Below are positions 1-13,889 of a stretch of DNA of 64,000 nt, piece after piece; positions within the stretch are counted from its first letter, which is position 1, and each line of letters starts with the position of its first letter. Position numbers and translations under genes: made by a program. Below the pieces are notes generated by a model. That model saw only the letters and a program-made list of their open reading frames with translations, ran no database searches and had not been told where the DNA came from. The DNA is from Podarcis melisellensis (taxonomy: Eukaryota), in assembly GCA_964234715.1 (NCBI GenBank), contig OZ174286.1, one strand, 5' to 3'.

Positions 1-580
1 AATATTCACATCTCTCAACTCCCCAAAATAATGGGGATAATGTTGCAGCAAAAGCTGACAGACAGCATATAGCATTTTGGGAATGTTTACATCACATCAT
101 TTACATTGTATCAGCCAGCTTGAGGCCAGAATGATATTACTCCCGTGTTGCAGACTGGAGGTGAGTGGTGTTAGGAAGGTGAGAGACAGTAGCTTCTCTA
201 TGGCCACCTCATTAGTTAATTGTTAATATTTGAATCCAGGACTCCCATGCTCATGATCTTAAAGGTAAGTGACATGTAATCTTGGAGGTCCATGACTGAC
301 TTCTTGACTTTTAAGCCATGGCAGGGGGTGGGGTAATAATTTGTTTGGAGTGGAGGCATACCTAGGCTCTCTTGCACCCTTGGCTGTATCGGTGCCTCTG
401 AAGCCAGGAGAGGCCACAAACCAGAAGCTCAAAAGGTTTGCTTCCTTTTACGTTCCACCAGTGACTTCCTCTATGGCCGTCGGGGTTGGGTCTGCTCTGC
501 TCCACCTCCCCTCCTCTTTCAATCCATCCAACTATCTGCCTTCCTTCCCCCTCCCTCCACTCAATGCTTTCCCCTCAGCC

Positions 581-654
581 TCCTTCCTTCCTTCCTTCCT
601 TCCTTCCTTCCTTCCTTCCTTCCTTCCTTCCTTCCTTCCTTCCTTCCTTCCTTC
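581..654. repeat. (CCTT)n microsatellite
   Basis: About 18 perfect units read directly. Confidence 0.95.
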
Positions 655-2826
655 TGCTTCCTCCTGCAACTCTCACCTGTTCTTTCCATCTTTCTTCCCT
701 CCAAGCTCCCCTGGGCACTCCACTCACACTTCTAATAGCCAACTGGGAAGCCGGCCCCACAGGGCTGCTGCCATGGCCAATGGCAGTGACACCCAGATTC
801 CTCTGCTAAGGCACCCAAAGGAGCCTGCATGCCTGGCCTGGCCTCCTAGAGCACAACTCTAAGCCAGAATGAAGAGGTGTAATTTTTGCCGGGGGGCCTG
901 CACCTTTGTTGGAGACCAACCTGCCCAATCCCAAGGTACACCCCTGGTTTGGAGCAGTGTGCATGTATGTGGGGCGAGAGGAAGGAAATAAGACTGTGGA
1001 ATCTATAAATTACCATAGACGTCTCTAGTCGATCACGGTATGGAGCAGGATGCTGGACTAGAGAGGTCTTTGGTCTAAGCCAGCAGGGCTCTTCTTATTT
1101 TCTAACAAACTCTGTTCAGGGCAATAATGGGGGGCAGCTTTGTAGATCAGCATTTCAAGAAGGAGAAAAACACATCGATTCCCCCATGTTACATTTTTAA
1201 ATAGAAACCACTCCTGCAACTTACAAATGTAAACTGGAAAGCCACCTTGGGTAAGGTGGCAAGTGGCAAGACCACCACCACTCCCATAGTTCTCCCATTC
1301 ATGGCGGCCAGGGAGAAGATTGGAGGGAGTGCAGTAAGTTCAGTGCGCCAACCAGGATCTGGTGTGCTCCCTGTGCCAGTGATCCCAAGCCTGACTCAGC
1401 CCTACTGCCGCTCTCCCTTGCAATGCCCCATTTGGGGTTTCCCCACTGGTAACTGCTGGCAAAGGTCTTGTCAGCAGCCAGCCCACCCACATGATTGGCA
1501 CATGGAAGTGGGAGGTCAGTGCCAACAAAATGATGCTTCCATTGCTCCGGCAGCATCAGCCAGCAAGGTGCTGGCTTAACTGGGAGACCTGGGCATTCCA
1601 ACTGCAACAACCCCAGCCAGGTGTAAGGAAAAATTGGATTGTTGTGCCCAGTAACCTTATTTTGCAAAGAATATTTCACAGCAAGCTTTCAGCTTTTCAC
1701 TGGTGTGTGAGCAGAGTTAAACTGCCTGCTTAATAGGGAGCATAACTGCATACAAAAATGTTAATGGTAGCTTTATCACTCCACGCAGATGAAAAGAATC
1801 TCTCATTCTTAATGCTGGATATCTAAATATAGTTATTGCAATAAGACACAAAATGACCCTACATTCCAAATCCAAACTCCAGAATGTGCTTAGATCCAAA
1901 CTTCGCAAATGAATCCTCCGTCTTATCCTGATATAGTTCCTAAGTGAGTATATATGTGGGCGGATATTGGCAATTGAAATAAGATTTGCTCAGGGTGTGT
2001 CAGCAAGAGAATAAACGATCTGTGGTGTGTCAGTGAATGACTAAGACAGGGAATGAAACAGATTATGCACACTGGAGCCAAAGAGATATTGTGAGTGTGT
2101 GAGAGAAAAGGCTTGATATATCCAATATCCTGGTCCTACACACATTGGATATTATCCAGAAAAGGGCACAATGAGTGCATATAGCATGTTCTCAGGCTTC
2201 TTTTCTAGTTTGCAGTTCACAAATCAGAAAATTGCATTTTTTATCTTTTAAAATGTGGAGCAATTCTGGACACTATAAAGAATTGGGAAATGCAGTTCAT
2301 AGGGGCTTCTGCATCTGTTTTTGTGCTTCAGAAGGAATGTCCAAGAGGCAACTCATGCATCTCTTTCAGGGAGAGATACCTGGGTTATACCAGCCATCCT
2401 TGACCTGGTGTCCTCTGGATGTTTTGAACTACAACTCCCATCATCCCTGATCATTGGCTGTGCTGGCTGGGACTGATGTCAGTTGCGGTGCAAAACACCA
2501 GTATGTTGGGGGGGGGGAGGCTGGCAATTCCAATGCCAATTCCACTATGGCAGAGAATTGTACATTCATTCTCCTTACTATTATTTAATGTACAAATCTG
2601 CTCTAAGCGGTGTATTTTAAAACAATTTGATAAGCCATTTGAGGACAAGTTCTGCATTTATACCAGGCTCATGCAGCAGGGCTGGTACCGTAAGCATTAA
2701 TGGTTACACAACACTGCCCCTTGCAGACAATTGCAGTGGCTGGAAACAGTCAGGTCTGCATTGGTGGGCTTCTACATCAGAAATACAATGGACCTCCAGA
2801 ACGAAATAAGTTCTCAACATGAGGTA

Positions 2827-3398
2827 NNNNNNNNNNNNNNNNNNNNNNNNNNNNNNNNNNNNNNNNNNNNNNNNNNNNNNNNNNNNNNNNNNNNNNNNNN
2901 NNNNNNNNNNNNNNNNNNNNNNNNNNNNNNNNNNNNNNNNNNNNNNNNNNNNNNNNNNNNNNNNNNNNNNNNNNNNNNNNNNNNNNNNNNNNNNNNNNNN
3001 NNNNNNNNNNNNNNNNNNNNNNNNNNNNNNNNNNNNNNNNNNNNNNNNNNNNNNNNNNNNNNNNNNNNNNNNNNNNNNNNNNNNNNNNNNNNNNNNNNNN
3101 NNNNNNNNNNNNNNNNNNNNNNNNNNNNNNNNNNNNNNNNNNNNNNNNNNNNNNNNNNNNNNNNNNNNNNNNNNNNNNNNNNNNNNNNNNNNNNNNNNNN
3201 NNNNNNNNNNNNNNNNNNNNNNNNNNNNNNNNNNNNNNNNNNNNNNNNNNNNNNNNNNNNNNNNNNNNNNNNNNNNNNNNNNNNNNNNNNNNNNNNNNNN
3301 NNNNNNNNNNNNNNNNNNNNNNNNNNNNNNNNNNNNNNNNNNNNNNNNNNNNNNNNNNNNNNNNNNNNNNNNNNNNNNNNNNNNNNNNNNNNNNNNNN
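2827..3398. other. Assembly gap (N run); other gaps at 4894-5026, 24418-24581, 24658-24837 and 43156-43296
   Basis: Runs of N in the sequence. Confidence 1.
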
Positions 3399-4528
3399 CC
3401 TGCTCTTATATAATCTGTAGTAGTAGAATGCCAATTCCTCACATAAATCCTATATTTTTGTCAAATGCCTTCAGGACTTTCTGCAAATGTGCCCATAATA
3501 CAGCCCTCTGGCTTTGCTGCCCAGAAATGAACCCCCTGGGGTGAAAGTGCAGAGGTAGCAGCCTACAAAGAACTCTACTGGATTGCAAATTGTGGAGTTT
3601 GGATGCTCTTCTACGTTGCTGAAGGATATCGAGAATATTGGAAGACAAACTTCGGAAAGCAAGATTCCAGCCAGAATGGAAAAGAACAAGCCATTCCTCA
3701 TCGGGACAATCGCACTGCACTCCATCAAGTAGAATTACACTGCTTCCTGTCGCCCAACATTTTGCCTAATGCAACCTGGGCTGCTACCCAGGAAATGCTA
3801 GCCCCAGAAGCAACTGAAGTCAAATATTCTGCATTGTGCTTGAGATACGTAATCCACTTGCTTAAAATCAGGATAAGCCGATAGAAATAAAGCATTTCAG
3901 ATTATTAATGAGCCAATGCATGTTTTTATTTAAAAAAGGATCAACAATTTTGGGGTCTCCCTAAAAGAAGCTCAACGACTTTTGGGGTGTCCTGGTTTTG
4001 ACTTTTGAAATATGGCAACTTTAGTATCAAATCAAGTAGCAGCTGTTGGGTCTTGCTGGATGAAATGCTGGATGCTTGATTTATGGTAGCACACAACCCT
4101 GGATCTTATGCTTAATTATGAATTATTATTATTATTAATTATTATTTATACCCCACCCGTCTTGCTGGGTTTCCCCAGCCACTCTGGGCAGCTTACAGCA
4201 TATAAAAAACATTGTAAAAGCATTAGACAAAAAATTTTTCCAGATGCAGGGCTGTTTAGCCCCCCAATGCATAGGTGCCAACTCCCTGGGGCCCTGAGTG
4301 CCTGAGCACCCACAAAATTCCCATGAAGGGATCAGGCACCCACAAATTTTGGAGCCAGGGCCATGCAAGCTGCATGGCACCCATGGCCCCGGGCACCCAT
4401 GGTCACGGGGACAAATTGGTGCTCCTGCTCCAATGTATGAAACTGTATATTTGTGAATTTTACCGGTCTATCCTGCTAAAGAAGAGCAAACCTCATGTTT
4501 GCTGCCACCACAAGGATACATAGATACT

Positions 4529-4830
4529 TGTCTTGTGCTGATACACAAAGCTCTGAACAACTTGGGTCTGGTATACCTTAAGGACCGCCGAAGCCCTTAT
4601 TTCCCAACTCAAGTCACTGAGATAATCAGGACTGCTGTTAGTTGTCCCCTGTGTTACAAAGGCCTGACCAGTCCGAAGTAGACATCAGGTATTTAATGTT
4701 GATGGTCCCCTGCTGTGGAATACCTTTCCAGCAGAGATTTAGCAGGCACCCTCGCTATCAATTATTTTTTGAAGACCTTTTAATACTGACAGACCTATGC
4801 AGCTCTTAAAAACCATTTTTGATTAGCCAG
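4529..4830 (+). mobile_element. L2-type LINE 3' fragment
   Basis: LVLIHKALNNLGLVYLKDR and a downstream GP.LWN.-like stretch typical of L2 ORF2 ends. Boundaries are approximate. Confidence 0.6.
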
Positions 4831-6438
4831 TCATTTTAATGGTTATTTCATATTGCTTTGAATGGGACTTTATTTTTTATTATATCCCATCCTNNNNNNN
4901 NNNNNNNNNNNNNNNNNNNNNNNNNNNNNNNNNNNNNNNNNNNNNNNNNNNNNNNNNNNNNNNNNNNNNNNNNNNNNNNNNNNNNNNNNNNNNNNNNNNN
5001 NNNNNNNNNNNNNNNNNNNNNNNNNNAGAGGAACCTACAAATAAGCTTTTGCAGAACAAGGAGAAAAGCATTTTACAGAAATGCAATTTATTGTAACCCA
5101 GAACCCTTTGGGCATGTGGTACACTTCCATGGTTGCTTTTAATATCCCCCTTGCATATTGAGGCAGGTTTGCTGTTTGGTAAAAATCATACTTGCCTGTC
5201 AAGCCACACCACAGCACACTTTTGAATGTTTCATTTTATTCCATGCGTGGAATAAAATGCATGAGGAACTAAGAAGCCAGGATCCGGTGTTCAAACGTAT
5301 TGTGACAACTACCTATTTTATTATTGTACTTCTTGGGGGAGGAGAGTGGAGTGATCTTTTGCCACGGCACCAACATCAGAGTTAGATCAAACAAAATAAA
5401 GGAATTTAGAAAGAAGAAAGAAAGAGAACAAATCCAACAAGCGAGCAACCAAACCTCCACATCTTTAAAGGAGCTGATTTCGTAAGACGCAATTCTGGGG
5501 AAAATATGAGAGCTAAAACAGCACATTTATTTAGCTTTAATTTTTGTGCTGTCATACTTCAGTGCTGGAGCCCTGATTTAGAACACATGCCATTTTCCTT
5601 TGATGTTTGGGGCTGCTTTTTTAAACAATGGCAAGAAAGATAGAAAGGAATTAAACTGCAACCCAAATCATAAAACTGGGCTTTTGTGCTCTTAATTTAC
5701 ATAAGGCTATTTTGGTTTTGGAAAGGCATTTGAGTCCCCAGAGCCTCGGAAAAGAAAAAGAAACCATTTCCATCAAACCATTATTTCTGGGGGTGCAATG
5801 AGGCTGTTATGTAAGGTCAGTTCCTCCCTACCCCCCTCCAATTGGTATTTAGTTTTCTCCTGGCCATTCTTCCCCAGCTCCTGCTGCCCACCTCCCTTTG
5901 TCAGCCCAACCCATTTCTCTGTAGGGGGTGTGTAAGGGGGGGGGAAAGGTCTCTCCTTATTCGCCTTTCCAATCCTACATTTTCATTATTAAAATCTTCA
6001 TTTGTTTTGCAGTTCATTCTTGAGAGCCCTGCTGAATCTTATGGGAGTTCTGATTGTTCCTCTCTTGAGGGTTTGAGAATATATATATATATATATATGC
6101 ATGCTAGCAGTGTGGAGGGCCCTATTTCTCAGCACTAGAGGGTGTAGGTGTTGGCTGCTCCTGCAGCCACTCAGTTAAATTTTGCACAGTCACAGTGATC
6201 TGGATACCACCTTGCACCAGACCCTCACAGGTGGCAAAAGGAAACCAGTTAATGGAACATTTATCTTCTGTGAACACTGTACTCAGAATTCTGAGTTTTT
6301 TTAAAAAGCCATTTTAAAATGAGCCAAAGAAAAGAGGATCAGAGGCAGTTTTAGGGTACTGCCATAGGGGGCGCCACAACAACGATGTAGAACAGAGTGT
6401 GAGAGGCACGGGGCACCAATTTTTAGTGTTGCACAGGG

Positions 6439-6629
6439 CAGAGGCGGAGCTAGCTGCTCTGGCACCCGGAGTAGTGCACATGCTGTGCACCCGGGGGAGG
6501 CGTGAGCATCTGGGGGGGTGGGGGGTGATGTCACCCCCCCAGGGATGACACCCGGGTCAGGCCACACCCACTGCACCCTCCTTCCTCCACCAGTGACTCT
6601 GAAATCCGAGAACCCAAAGTCAGCCACTG
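6439..6629. mobile_element. GC-rich TIR element related to 15167-15499
   Basis: CAGAGGCGGAGCTAGCTGCTC start matches the reverse complement of the 15499 end; imperfect TIR. Confidence 0.55.
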
Positions 6630-7927
6630 AGGGGATTTCTTTACAATCAGGAAATTCAACTGAGGATACTTTGCTCGAGGTTTATTTTCCTGAAATGTGT
6701 TCCATCTGCAAACAGCATGCACATAGCCTCCAACATTTCTCTGACGAAAATAGGGACATCTTATTCCATACCCTCCAACATTTCCCCGAAGAAAATAGGG
6801 ACGTCCCAAGGAAAAGTGGGACATTCTGGGATCAAGTCAGAAACTGGGACGGCTTCTTTAAAACTGGGACTGTCCCTGGAGAATAGAGACACTTGGAAGG
6901 CCTGCATGCTAGGCACTGAGAAAAGTCGAAAATAGCTTTCTGGTGCAGTATGATCAATGGGAAGGCTGGTTCCTGCCTAAACCAGGACAGCCTCATACTG
7001 AAGTCAATTTTGATCACGGAGTTATTGACATGAGCTTGGTACAAGACAAATCGTAAGCACAGATGAACTGCAGTTTCCTAAAGACAAAGTAAACCAACAA
7101 GCCTATGCTAATACAAAGGCTTTTTACAGAAGGTCATATCAGGGACTGAATATATGAACCCACTTTTTTTTCAGTATTCACTGCATATCCCACTTAGACC
7201 TTGAATAACGAAGGAAGGTTGACATGCTAGCTTTTTGTGCTTAGGTTACACATTAGTGCGTTCCAAGGCCATACTTGAAAGTCCCTATTTATAGCACTTC
7301 ATTTCCTGATTTATAGTCCAAAATATTGTCAGAAAGGCACAAAAAGCCAGAATAATTTGCCGCAAGGGGAACATTTCTTTTCCGGTCCCTCTCAACCCAG
7401 AAATAACAACAAAATCTGCCCTAGTTGGCTTTCTACAACTACACTTTTCTGTTTTGTTTCTTTGATCACTGGTGTTACCTTCAGGCCACTGGCATTATTA
7501 TAAGTGTTTGGAATTGGAATGTGAAGGACTCACAGTACACCCCTCAGTTTGTGCAATGTAATTTAATATTGCACTAGGACTGTATACACACAGCACTTTT
7601 AAAGCATATTCAAAGCACATCATTTTCCTCAAAGGATTCTGGGTACTGCTGTTTGCTATGAATTGTTGGAAACTCTAACTCAATGGAGATGAGAGCTGGT
7701 CTATGAATTGCACTTGTGAGGCTGTCGCCACAGCTATGTCCTGCTGTGACACCATTCTTTGCTTCATTGGGGGTAAGGAACCTGTGGCCCTCCATACAGG
7801 GATGGCCCAAGACATTTTGGCACCTGGGACGAACCACAAAATGGCAGCCCCACCCCGTCAGGAAAGGAAGGGTGAGTGAAGACCTACATCAGGAACAAGG
7901 GGGTGAATACAGATCTACATTGGGAGC

Positions 7928-8306
7928 AGGACGCTGGTGGCGCTGTGGTCTAAACCACCGAGCCTCTTGGGACTGCCAATCAGAAGGTCAGCAGTTCAAA
8001 TCCCCATGACAGGGTGAGCTCCCATTGCTCTGTCCCAGCTCCTGCCAACCTAGCAGTTTGAAAGCATGCCAGTGCAAGTAGATAAATAGGTACCGCTGTG
8101 GTGGGAAGGTAAATGGTGTTTCCGTGTGCTCTGGATTCTGTCACCATGTTCTGTTGTGCCAGAAGCGGTATAGTCATTCTGGCCACATGACCTGGAAAGC
8201 TGTCTTTGGACAAACGATGGCTCCCTCGGCCTGAAAGCGAGATAAGTGCCACAACCCCACAGTCATGTTTGACTGGACTTAATCGACTAGGGGCCTTTAC
8301 CTTTAC
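7928..8306 (+). mobile_element. Sauria SINE (Squam1)
   Basis: tRNA-like head GGTGGCGCTGTGG, body GCAAGTAGATAAATAGGTACCGC and (ACCTTT)n tail. Flanked by TACATTGGGA repeats. Confidence 0.85.
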
Positions 8307-9424
8307 ATTGGGAACAAGTAGGGAGTGAAGATCTGTATCGTGAGTGGGAGCGTGGGGGTTGAATCAAAGGCTGCAACAGGGGAGGAGGAAGGGATCTGCT
8401 CTGAATCACGCCAGGTGGCTGCAGAGCTCCAGCCGTCCTTTACTCCTAATAGCTTGAAAAATTCAGTACACAGAATGTGCTGTTTGCTTAAAAACAACAA
8501 CAACTTGGGCATTTGCTTGAGATAAAGAGAAATGTATTGGTGGACTAATGAAGGGAAGATCCCAAATACTGAAGCTAGTTTTTTAAAAATAATATATGTG
8601 TGTGTCAGTTGGGGAGTGTAGAAAAGGTGCAGACCATGAAACAAATGGCCTTTAATTGCTTGATGGGGTTAAAGCACCACAGCAGACTTTTTAGAGACTC
8701 CTTAACTTGTCTGTCCCTACCAGGATGGCCTCTCTGTCAGATTAAAGGTTATTGCCTCTCTGGCTTTCCCTGTGCTCAGCTTTTGAAGTCCATGGCCAAG
8801 GGGCCAGGGAGAGAATATTGCCTCAGATAAGAGGTGTTTGCTTTGTAAAATACTTGAGGTAACAATCCGTGGAGCCCTTAACAGTCCAGCAGGGACCTAT
8901 GAGCTCAAGCTAATGTCTCCCGGTTCCCTGTTGGTTTCAGGGCCACTCTCCATAAATAAATAAACGCCGTCGCTATTTACTTGCTGATCTCATGTATAAA
9001 GATCCATTGAAATTATGTCACAGACTTGCTATACTTTAATTTTAAAAAATGATTCTCCACTGCCCTGCATCTAAAGATTCCAGGGCGTTTTACCAAAGCG
9101 TGGTTAAACCACTTCACGCAACTCATCTTAAATACAATTTTAAAACATAACGAAAGGTAAACACTACAAAATGCAAGAAAGCAAATGAGCAAATAAAAAC
9201 CCTAAAGTGGAAGTGCAGATCAGGTCAAAGTTCCAAAAGTAATCCCAAAAGCCTGTGCAAATAAGAAGATATTTGCCTTGTGCCAAAAAACAACAAAAAA
9301 CTTCTAAATATTAGGGGCATCAAACATTCCTTTTAAGTCTGCCTTGAATAGCAAGGGGGTGAAATTCTGATAAATAAAGATCTGAGAAAATCTCAAAAAT
9401 TCTTAGGAATAAAGTCCTGAGAAT

Positions 9425-9628
9425 GCAGTGTGATATAGTGGCTATAGGGCTGGACTAAGACATGGCAGACAAAGTCCCACTCAGCCATGAAGTTCACTGG
9501 GTGACCTTGGACAACTCACTAATTATTAGGCAAGTCTGCTTTGCAGGCTTGTTAGGAGGATAATAAGGAGCAGTGTACACACACACCTGAGCTCCTTAGA
9601 GGAAAATTGGGATATGATGCAATAATAA
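9425..9628 (+). mobile_element. Old CORE-SINE (MIR/Ther1-like)
   Basis: CAGTGTGATATAGTGG head, CTCAGCCATGAAG.TCACTGGGTGACCTTGG core and an AT-rich tail. A similar copy lies at about 40225-40435. Confidence 0.6.
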
Positions 9629-9631
9629 TTA

Positions 9632-9851
9632 CAGTGGTACCTCAGGTTAAGAACTTAATTAGTTCTGGAGGTCCATTCTTAACCTGAAACTGTTCTTAAC
9701 CTGAGGTACCACTTTAGCTAATGGGGCCTCCCGCTGCCACTGTTCTCATTCTGAGGTAAAGTTCTTAACCTGAGGTACTATTTCTGGGTTAGCGGAGTCT
9801 GTAACCTGAAGCATCTGTATCCTGAAGCGTCTGTAACCCAAGGTATCACTG
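9632..9851. mobile_element. Tc1/mariner-type MITE (CAGTGGTACCTC TIR, TA TSD)
   Basis: TA|CAGTGGTACCTC...AGGTATCACTG|TA. Same family as 35312-35553 in the opposite orientation. Confidence 0.8.
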
Positions 9852-10198
9852 TACTCATATGGTAGTTACAACGGGGCACAAATGGTTTTGTGAAATTTCC
9901 CACCCTATTTCAGGGTAGAGGAATGGGAAGTAGGAGCACATTCCACGCAATTGCTTCAGGGACAGTGTCTTTGGGGTTGGACTCTCAATTAGTACTGGCA
10001 GTAGACCAACTTATTTTTTCTTCCCCTGAGGTGTCTGCAACTGTGTTGGTAGCCTGGGCAACGTTCTGCATTTTCCACAATGCCCCAGACCTAACATCAC
10101 TCTGGGGCATTAGAAACAATAGAATCATAGAGTTGGAAGGGACCCAAAGGTCTTGTGAAATGCCCTAGGATCTGCAGGTATAGGGTAGTCTATAAATG

Positions 10199-10228
10199 TA
10201 ATTAATTAATTAATTAATTAATTAATTA
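10199..10228. repeat. (TTAA)n microsatellite
   Basis: Read directly. Confidence 0.9.
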
Positions 10229-11262
10229 AAAATAAAAATCTGGTCGAACACCCCCCATGCAAATGCAGGAATCAACAAAAACATATTTAATATACAGTCC
10301 TCAAATAAAGGACATATTTGATATTAAATGGTAAGAACCGATACTACACTTGATTAATGACAGGCCTTGCTGGAGGAAAAATTGTGGAGACATATTCAGA
10401 GAAATATTGTGAAACAGAGTGACTTCTGGGGCGGGAAAATTTAAAAAATCTCAGCAATTTTCTCTGAAATGTAATTTCACCTCTTCAAAACATGGACAAA
10501 TCTCTACACACAGAGAGGAACAGGAGTTTGGCATAGTTTGCCAGTACTGCATATACTTGAAAATTCATTTTATCATGCCATACTGTAAACATTAGGGACT
10601 CCAATAATTGGGCTCAGCAGCAAGTAGATATCCAATCTCACATTGACTGATGTGCCTTCTAAATATATGATTTGAGGGCATCTTTTGTTAAACTACTGCT
10701 AATTGTCATTCCACTTTGCCCCATGGTGCCAAATGTTTTCTTTGAGATAACAGAGAAGAAGCAAGAGTCAAGTTCTAGGAAGTCACTAAGTCCGGCCTTT
10801 CTGGGAAAGGCAGAAGCTCCCCTTACCCCTCTCTCCCCATGAAAAAAGTCACCCAGCGCTTTGTTTGACACTTTACTGTTTACTATCTTTGAGATAGTTC
10901 CCATTTAATGGTTCAATTACTGCACCGGGTGATAAGGCAGTATCAAGAACTTTAGGCACAACATTTTTCTCCCCAAGCATTTTATGATAAAGCAAATACA
11001 AAGGGCACAAACCAGCTAAGGTTAAGTGTTTTCTGTTTTTGTTTTCACATCCCACCAGTTTCTGTGGGAGACACTTAAGCACATGCTTAAGCTACTCCTT
11101 TAAATCAACGGGGTTTAAAACTGCTTTCTTTGAGCTGGATCACAGTGAAAATATTTTGCATATAGTTCTTTATTCAAGGCAAATACGAAGAGAATGTTTT
11201 TTCCCCTATTATTATTAAAATTACAAGATGCACACAGAGAAAAAACTTTAAAGTATAGAAAT

Positions 11263-11291
11263 ATGATGATGATGATGATGATGATGATGAT
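11263..11291. repeat. (ATG)n microsatellite
   Basis: Read directly; it produces the poly-Met/poly-Ser ORFs in the track. Confidence 0.9.
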
Positions 11292-11574
11292 ATATTATTT
11301 ATACCCCGCCCATCTAGCTGGGTTTCCCCAGACACTCTGGGAGGCTCCCAACAGAATATTAATAAATATGAATTAAGGAAGAACATATCATTTCTTCATG
11401 GATGCAATGGCAAATGCACGTCTGGTCTTGCACACCACTTAGGAGGTTGGAGTATTGGATCTCGGTTACTCACCAGCTCACAGAATTTTTATGCGGGCAA
11501 AAATGAGGAATTGTCATATATTCTGCCCTGAGTTTCTTGGAGTATGGCTGGGATATAAATGCAATTTATAGAGA

Positions 11575-11641
11575 TGGTGGTTGGTTGGTTGGTTGGTTGG
11601 TTGGTTGGTTGGTTGGATGGATGGATGAAGGAATGGATGGA
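11575..11641. repeat. (GGTT)n(GGAT)n compound microsatellite
   Basis: Read directly. Confidence 0.9.
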
Positions 11642-12084
11642 CATTTTGGGTACAATACTATGGTCACTGCGAGGGCCTCCTGGGAGACATAGGATACTGT
11701 GGAGCTTTCCTTCCTCAGAGAGGAAGTGGCAGCTCCTCTGCCATGAACTCTCCCCACCTTGACCTCCATGGGGTTGCTCCTTCCATTATTACTGTTTTTT
11801 ATTTACAAAAATGTACAATCCCCAGTCAAAAGATCCTCAAACCAGAGAACCACAAATCAAAGCAAGAACAGTAACACAATGACGTAACATGAAAATAAAA
11901 ACTCATCAACAGACGTCAACATAGCACCACAGGTAACTAAATCTACTCAGGGTTAAAAAGTCTGCCTGAAAACAATCAAACAATAGTACAGCATGAGAAT
12001 TTGGTTTAATTTAATGTGTAGGGATGAAACTGTAATGCAGAAATACAGAACATACCAACCATATGCTCTCTGTTGCCCATAGAC

Positions 12085-12338
12085 CATGGGTAGGCAACCT
12101 AAGGCCCGGGGGCCGGATCTGGCCCAATTGCCTTCTAAATCTGGCCTGCGGACAGCCCAGGAATCAGCATGTTTTTACATGAGTAGAATGTGTGCTTTTA
12201 TTTAAAATGCATCTCTGAGTTATTTGTGTGGCATAGGAATTCGTTCATCCCACCGCAAAAAAATAAATAAAAAATAGTCCAGCCTCCCACAAGGGACAGT
12301 GGACCTGCCCGCTGCTGAAAAAAGTTTGCTGACCCCTG
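12085..12338. mobile_element. hAT-type non-autonomous DNA transposon
   Basis: Imperfect TIR CATGGGTAGGCAA / TTGCTGACCCCTG and an 8-bp TSD CCATAGAC / CCATAGAT. Confidence 0.8.
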
Positions 12339-13049
12339 CCATAGATCAAGCCCATATATGGAGTCCTTGCATAAGCAGACCCTTCCTTTCAGAGGACGAA
12401 GTTTCGCATGTCCAATGGAATGCACAGGTATCATTTTTCTGTCCATTAAAGTGAATGGGTGGAGGAGCTCTATGTATGCATGAGAGCACCTACCCCCTGG
12501 CATATCCCTGCTGGATGGGAAGCCATTGGGCATTATCATGGCAATCTTTTAATATTTCACTGTTGATATGGCTCTCCTCCTTTTCTCCTTTATCTTTTTA
12601 TACAATGAATATTCATAATGCATTGTGAGCCATGCTGATATTACAGGTTGTCTTATTAAAAATTTAATAACATTTTAGCAGTGGAAAGGAAATGCTGAAA
12701 TTATTGAGCGGGGCTATAATATGGCAAAGGGGAATATCTGGATCTTGAGCTGCACCAAACATTTCCATTGACATCAACAACTGCTGCGTATGAAGATCAA
12801 AGACAGTATATATGGTCTTAATCTGGGGCCTTTGGGAGACCCTTTATGGGGTGTTGCACTAAAAGTCAATATAGGATCTGAAGCAGCAACATATGATCCA
12901 GTTTATGCACCATTATGAAACGAGAAAAAAGTTTGTGTGTGTGTGATGGCTTTTCTTTCTTTCCAAGTATAGCAATATCCAGCTGAGTTTACTTACTTAG
13001 ACAAGGCAGAAAAACAGGGTGAGCTCCCCAGAACAATTGTGCTAATGTA

Positions 13050-13402
13050 GTAAAGGTAAAGGGACCCCTGACCGTTAAGTCCAGTTGTGGACAAGTCTGG
13101 GGTTGCGGCACTCATCTCGCTTTACTGGCTGAGGGAGCTGGCGTAGAGCTTCTGGGTCATGTGGCCAGCATGACTAAGCCACTTCTGGCGAACCAGAGCA
13201 GCACATGGAAATGCCGTTTACCTTCCTGCCGGAGCGGTACCTATTTATCTACTTGCACTTTGACACTGCTTTTGAACTGCTAGGTTGGTAGGATCAGGAA
13301 CCGAACAATGGGAGATCACCCCATTGCAGTGATTCGAACCGCCAACCTTCTGATTGGCAAGCCCTAGGCTCTGTGGTTTAGACCACAGCGCCACCCGCGT
13401 CC
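13050..13402 (-). mobile_element. Sauria SINE (Squam1)
   Basis: Begins GTAAAGGTAAAGGGACCCCTG and is the reverse complement of the same family. TSD TGCTAATGT at 13040-13048 and 13404-13412. Confidence 0.88.
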
Positions 13403-13770
13403 ATGCTAATGTTGTTGGGCCCTTAACTGGACCTTTGCGTCAAACCCTTAGTAGTGAGTCTCCCCAAGGAGCAAAGACTATTCCTGCTATGATCTCTGAC
13501 TGCCAGACTCAAAAACAAAAACAAAGCAGGTCAAATGAACACCCCCCCCCCACAAAACTTATGTGGTGCTACAATAGCCAGAATGTTGCTTATGCCCTCG
13601 TCATGGGATGTGTGAATATCAGACACTACTGCCTGTCAACTCGCGCGTTGACTTCGTACCTTGCTAACTGCTGCAAAATGGTTACAGGAGCATATCAGGC
13701 AAAATTTTGGCACCACCTAGAATAATTTCCTTGGGGGAGAGACAAAGACTTTTTAAAAATGTGTACGTAC

Positions 13771-13889
13771 ATTTAGCTGTCAGTTTGTACCCGCCCAGAG
13801 GAGGGTCGTGGCCTTCCACGGCATCAAAGCCAGCCGATACTAAGACAAAGTCGGGCTCGAACTCAGAGGCGATGGGCATAATCACAGTC
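13771..13889 (-). CDS. HDAC9: HDAC9 coding exon (119 bp; [40 protein letters not shown]), Zn-binding GFD motif
   Basis: Lies within ORF 13682..13924. Minus strand reads ...gtcttcag|GACTGTGATT...GCTAAAT|gtacgt. SAGFDA..GH..PLGGY is the class IIa signature. Confidence 0.93.

Noticed and set aside
341-862. 173-aa ORF with PSFL repeats
   Set aside because: Translation of the (CCTT)n microsatellite and flanking repeat; no protein motif.
2731-3544. Long ORFs spanning N runs (also near 4839-5142, 24349-24909 and 43134-43349)
   Set aside because: They are open only because N codons contain no stops.
5028-5050. GAGGAACCTACAAA shared with 52450-52463
   Set aside because: A short match beside an assembly gap with little extension; treated as chance.
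6721-6810. Two ~46-bp direct repeats suggesting a repeat-spacer array
   Set aside because: Only two imperfect units, resembling the duplicated end of a common lizard interspersed repeat; a CRISPR array is not plausible here.
1-13770. Next HDAC9 exon (FGHLT...LEGGHDL)
   Set aside because: Not found by eye on the minus strand; it is probably beyond the window or hidden in an N gap, so it was not annotated.
13771-13889. Assignment to HDAC4, HDAC5 or HDAC7
   Set aside because: This exon alone is partly HDAC4-like (MPIASEF), but the other exons ([42 protein letters not shown]) and the very long introns fit HDAC9.
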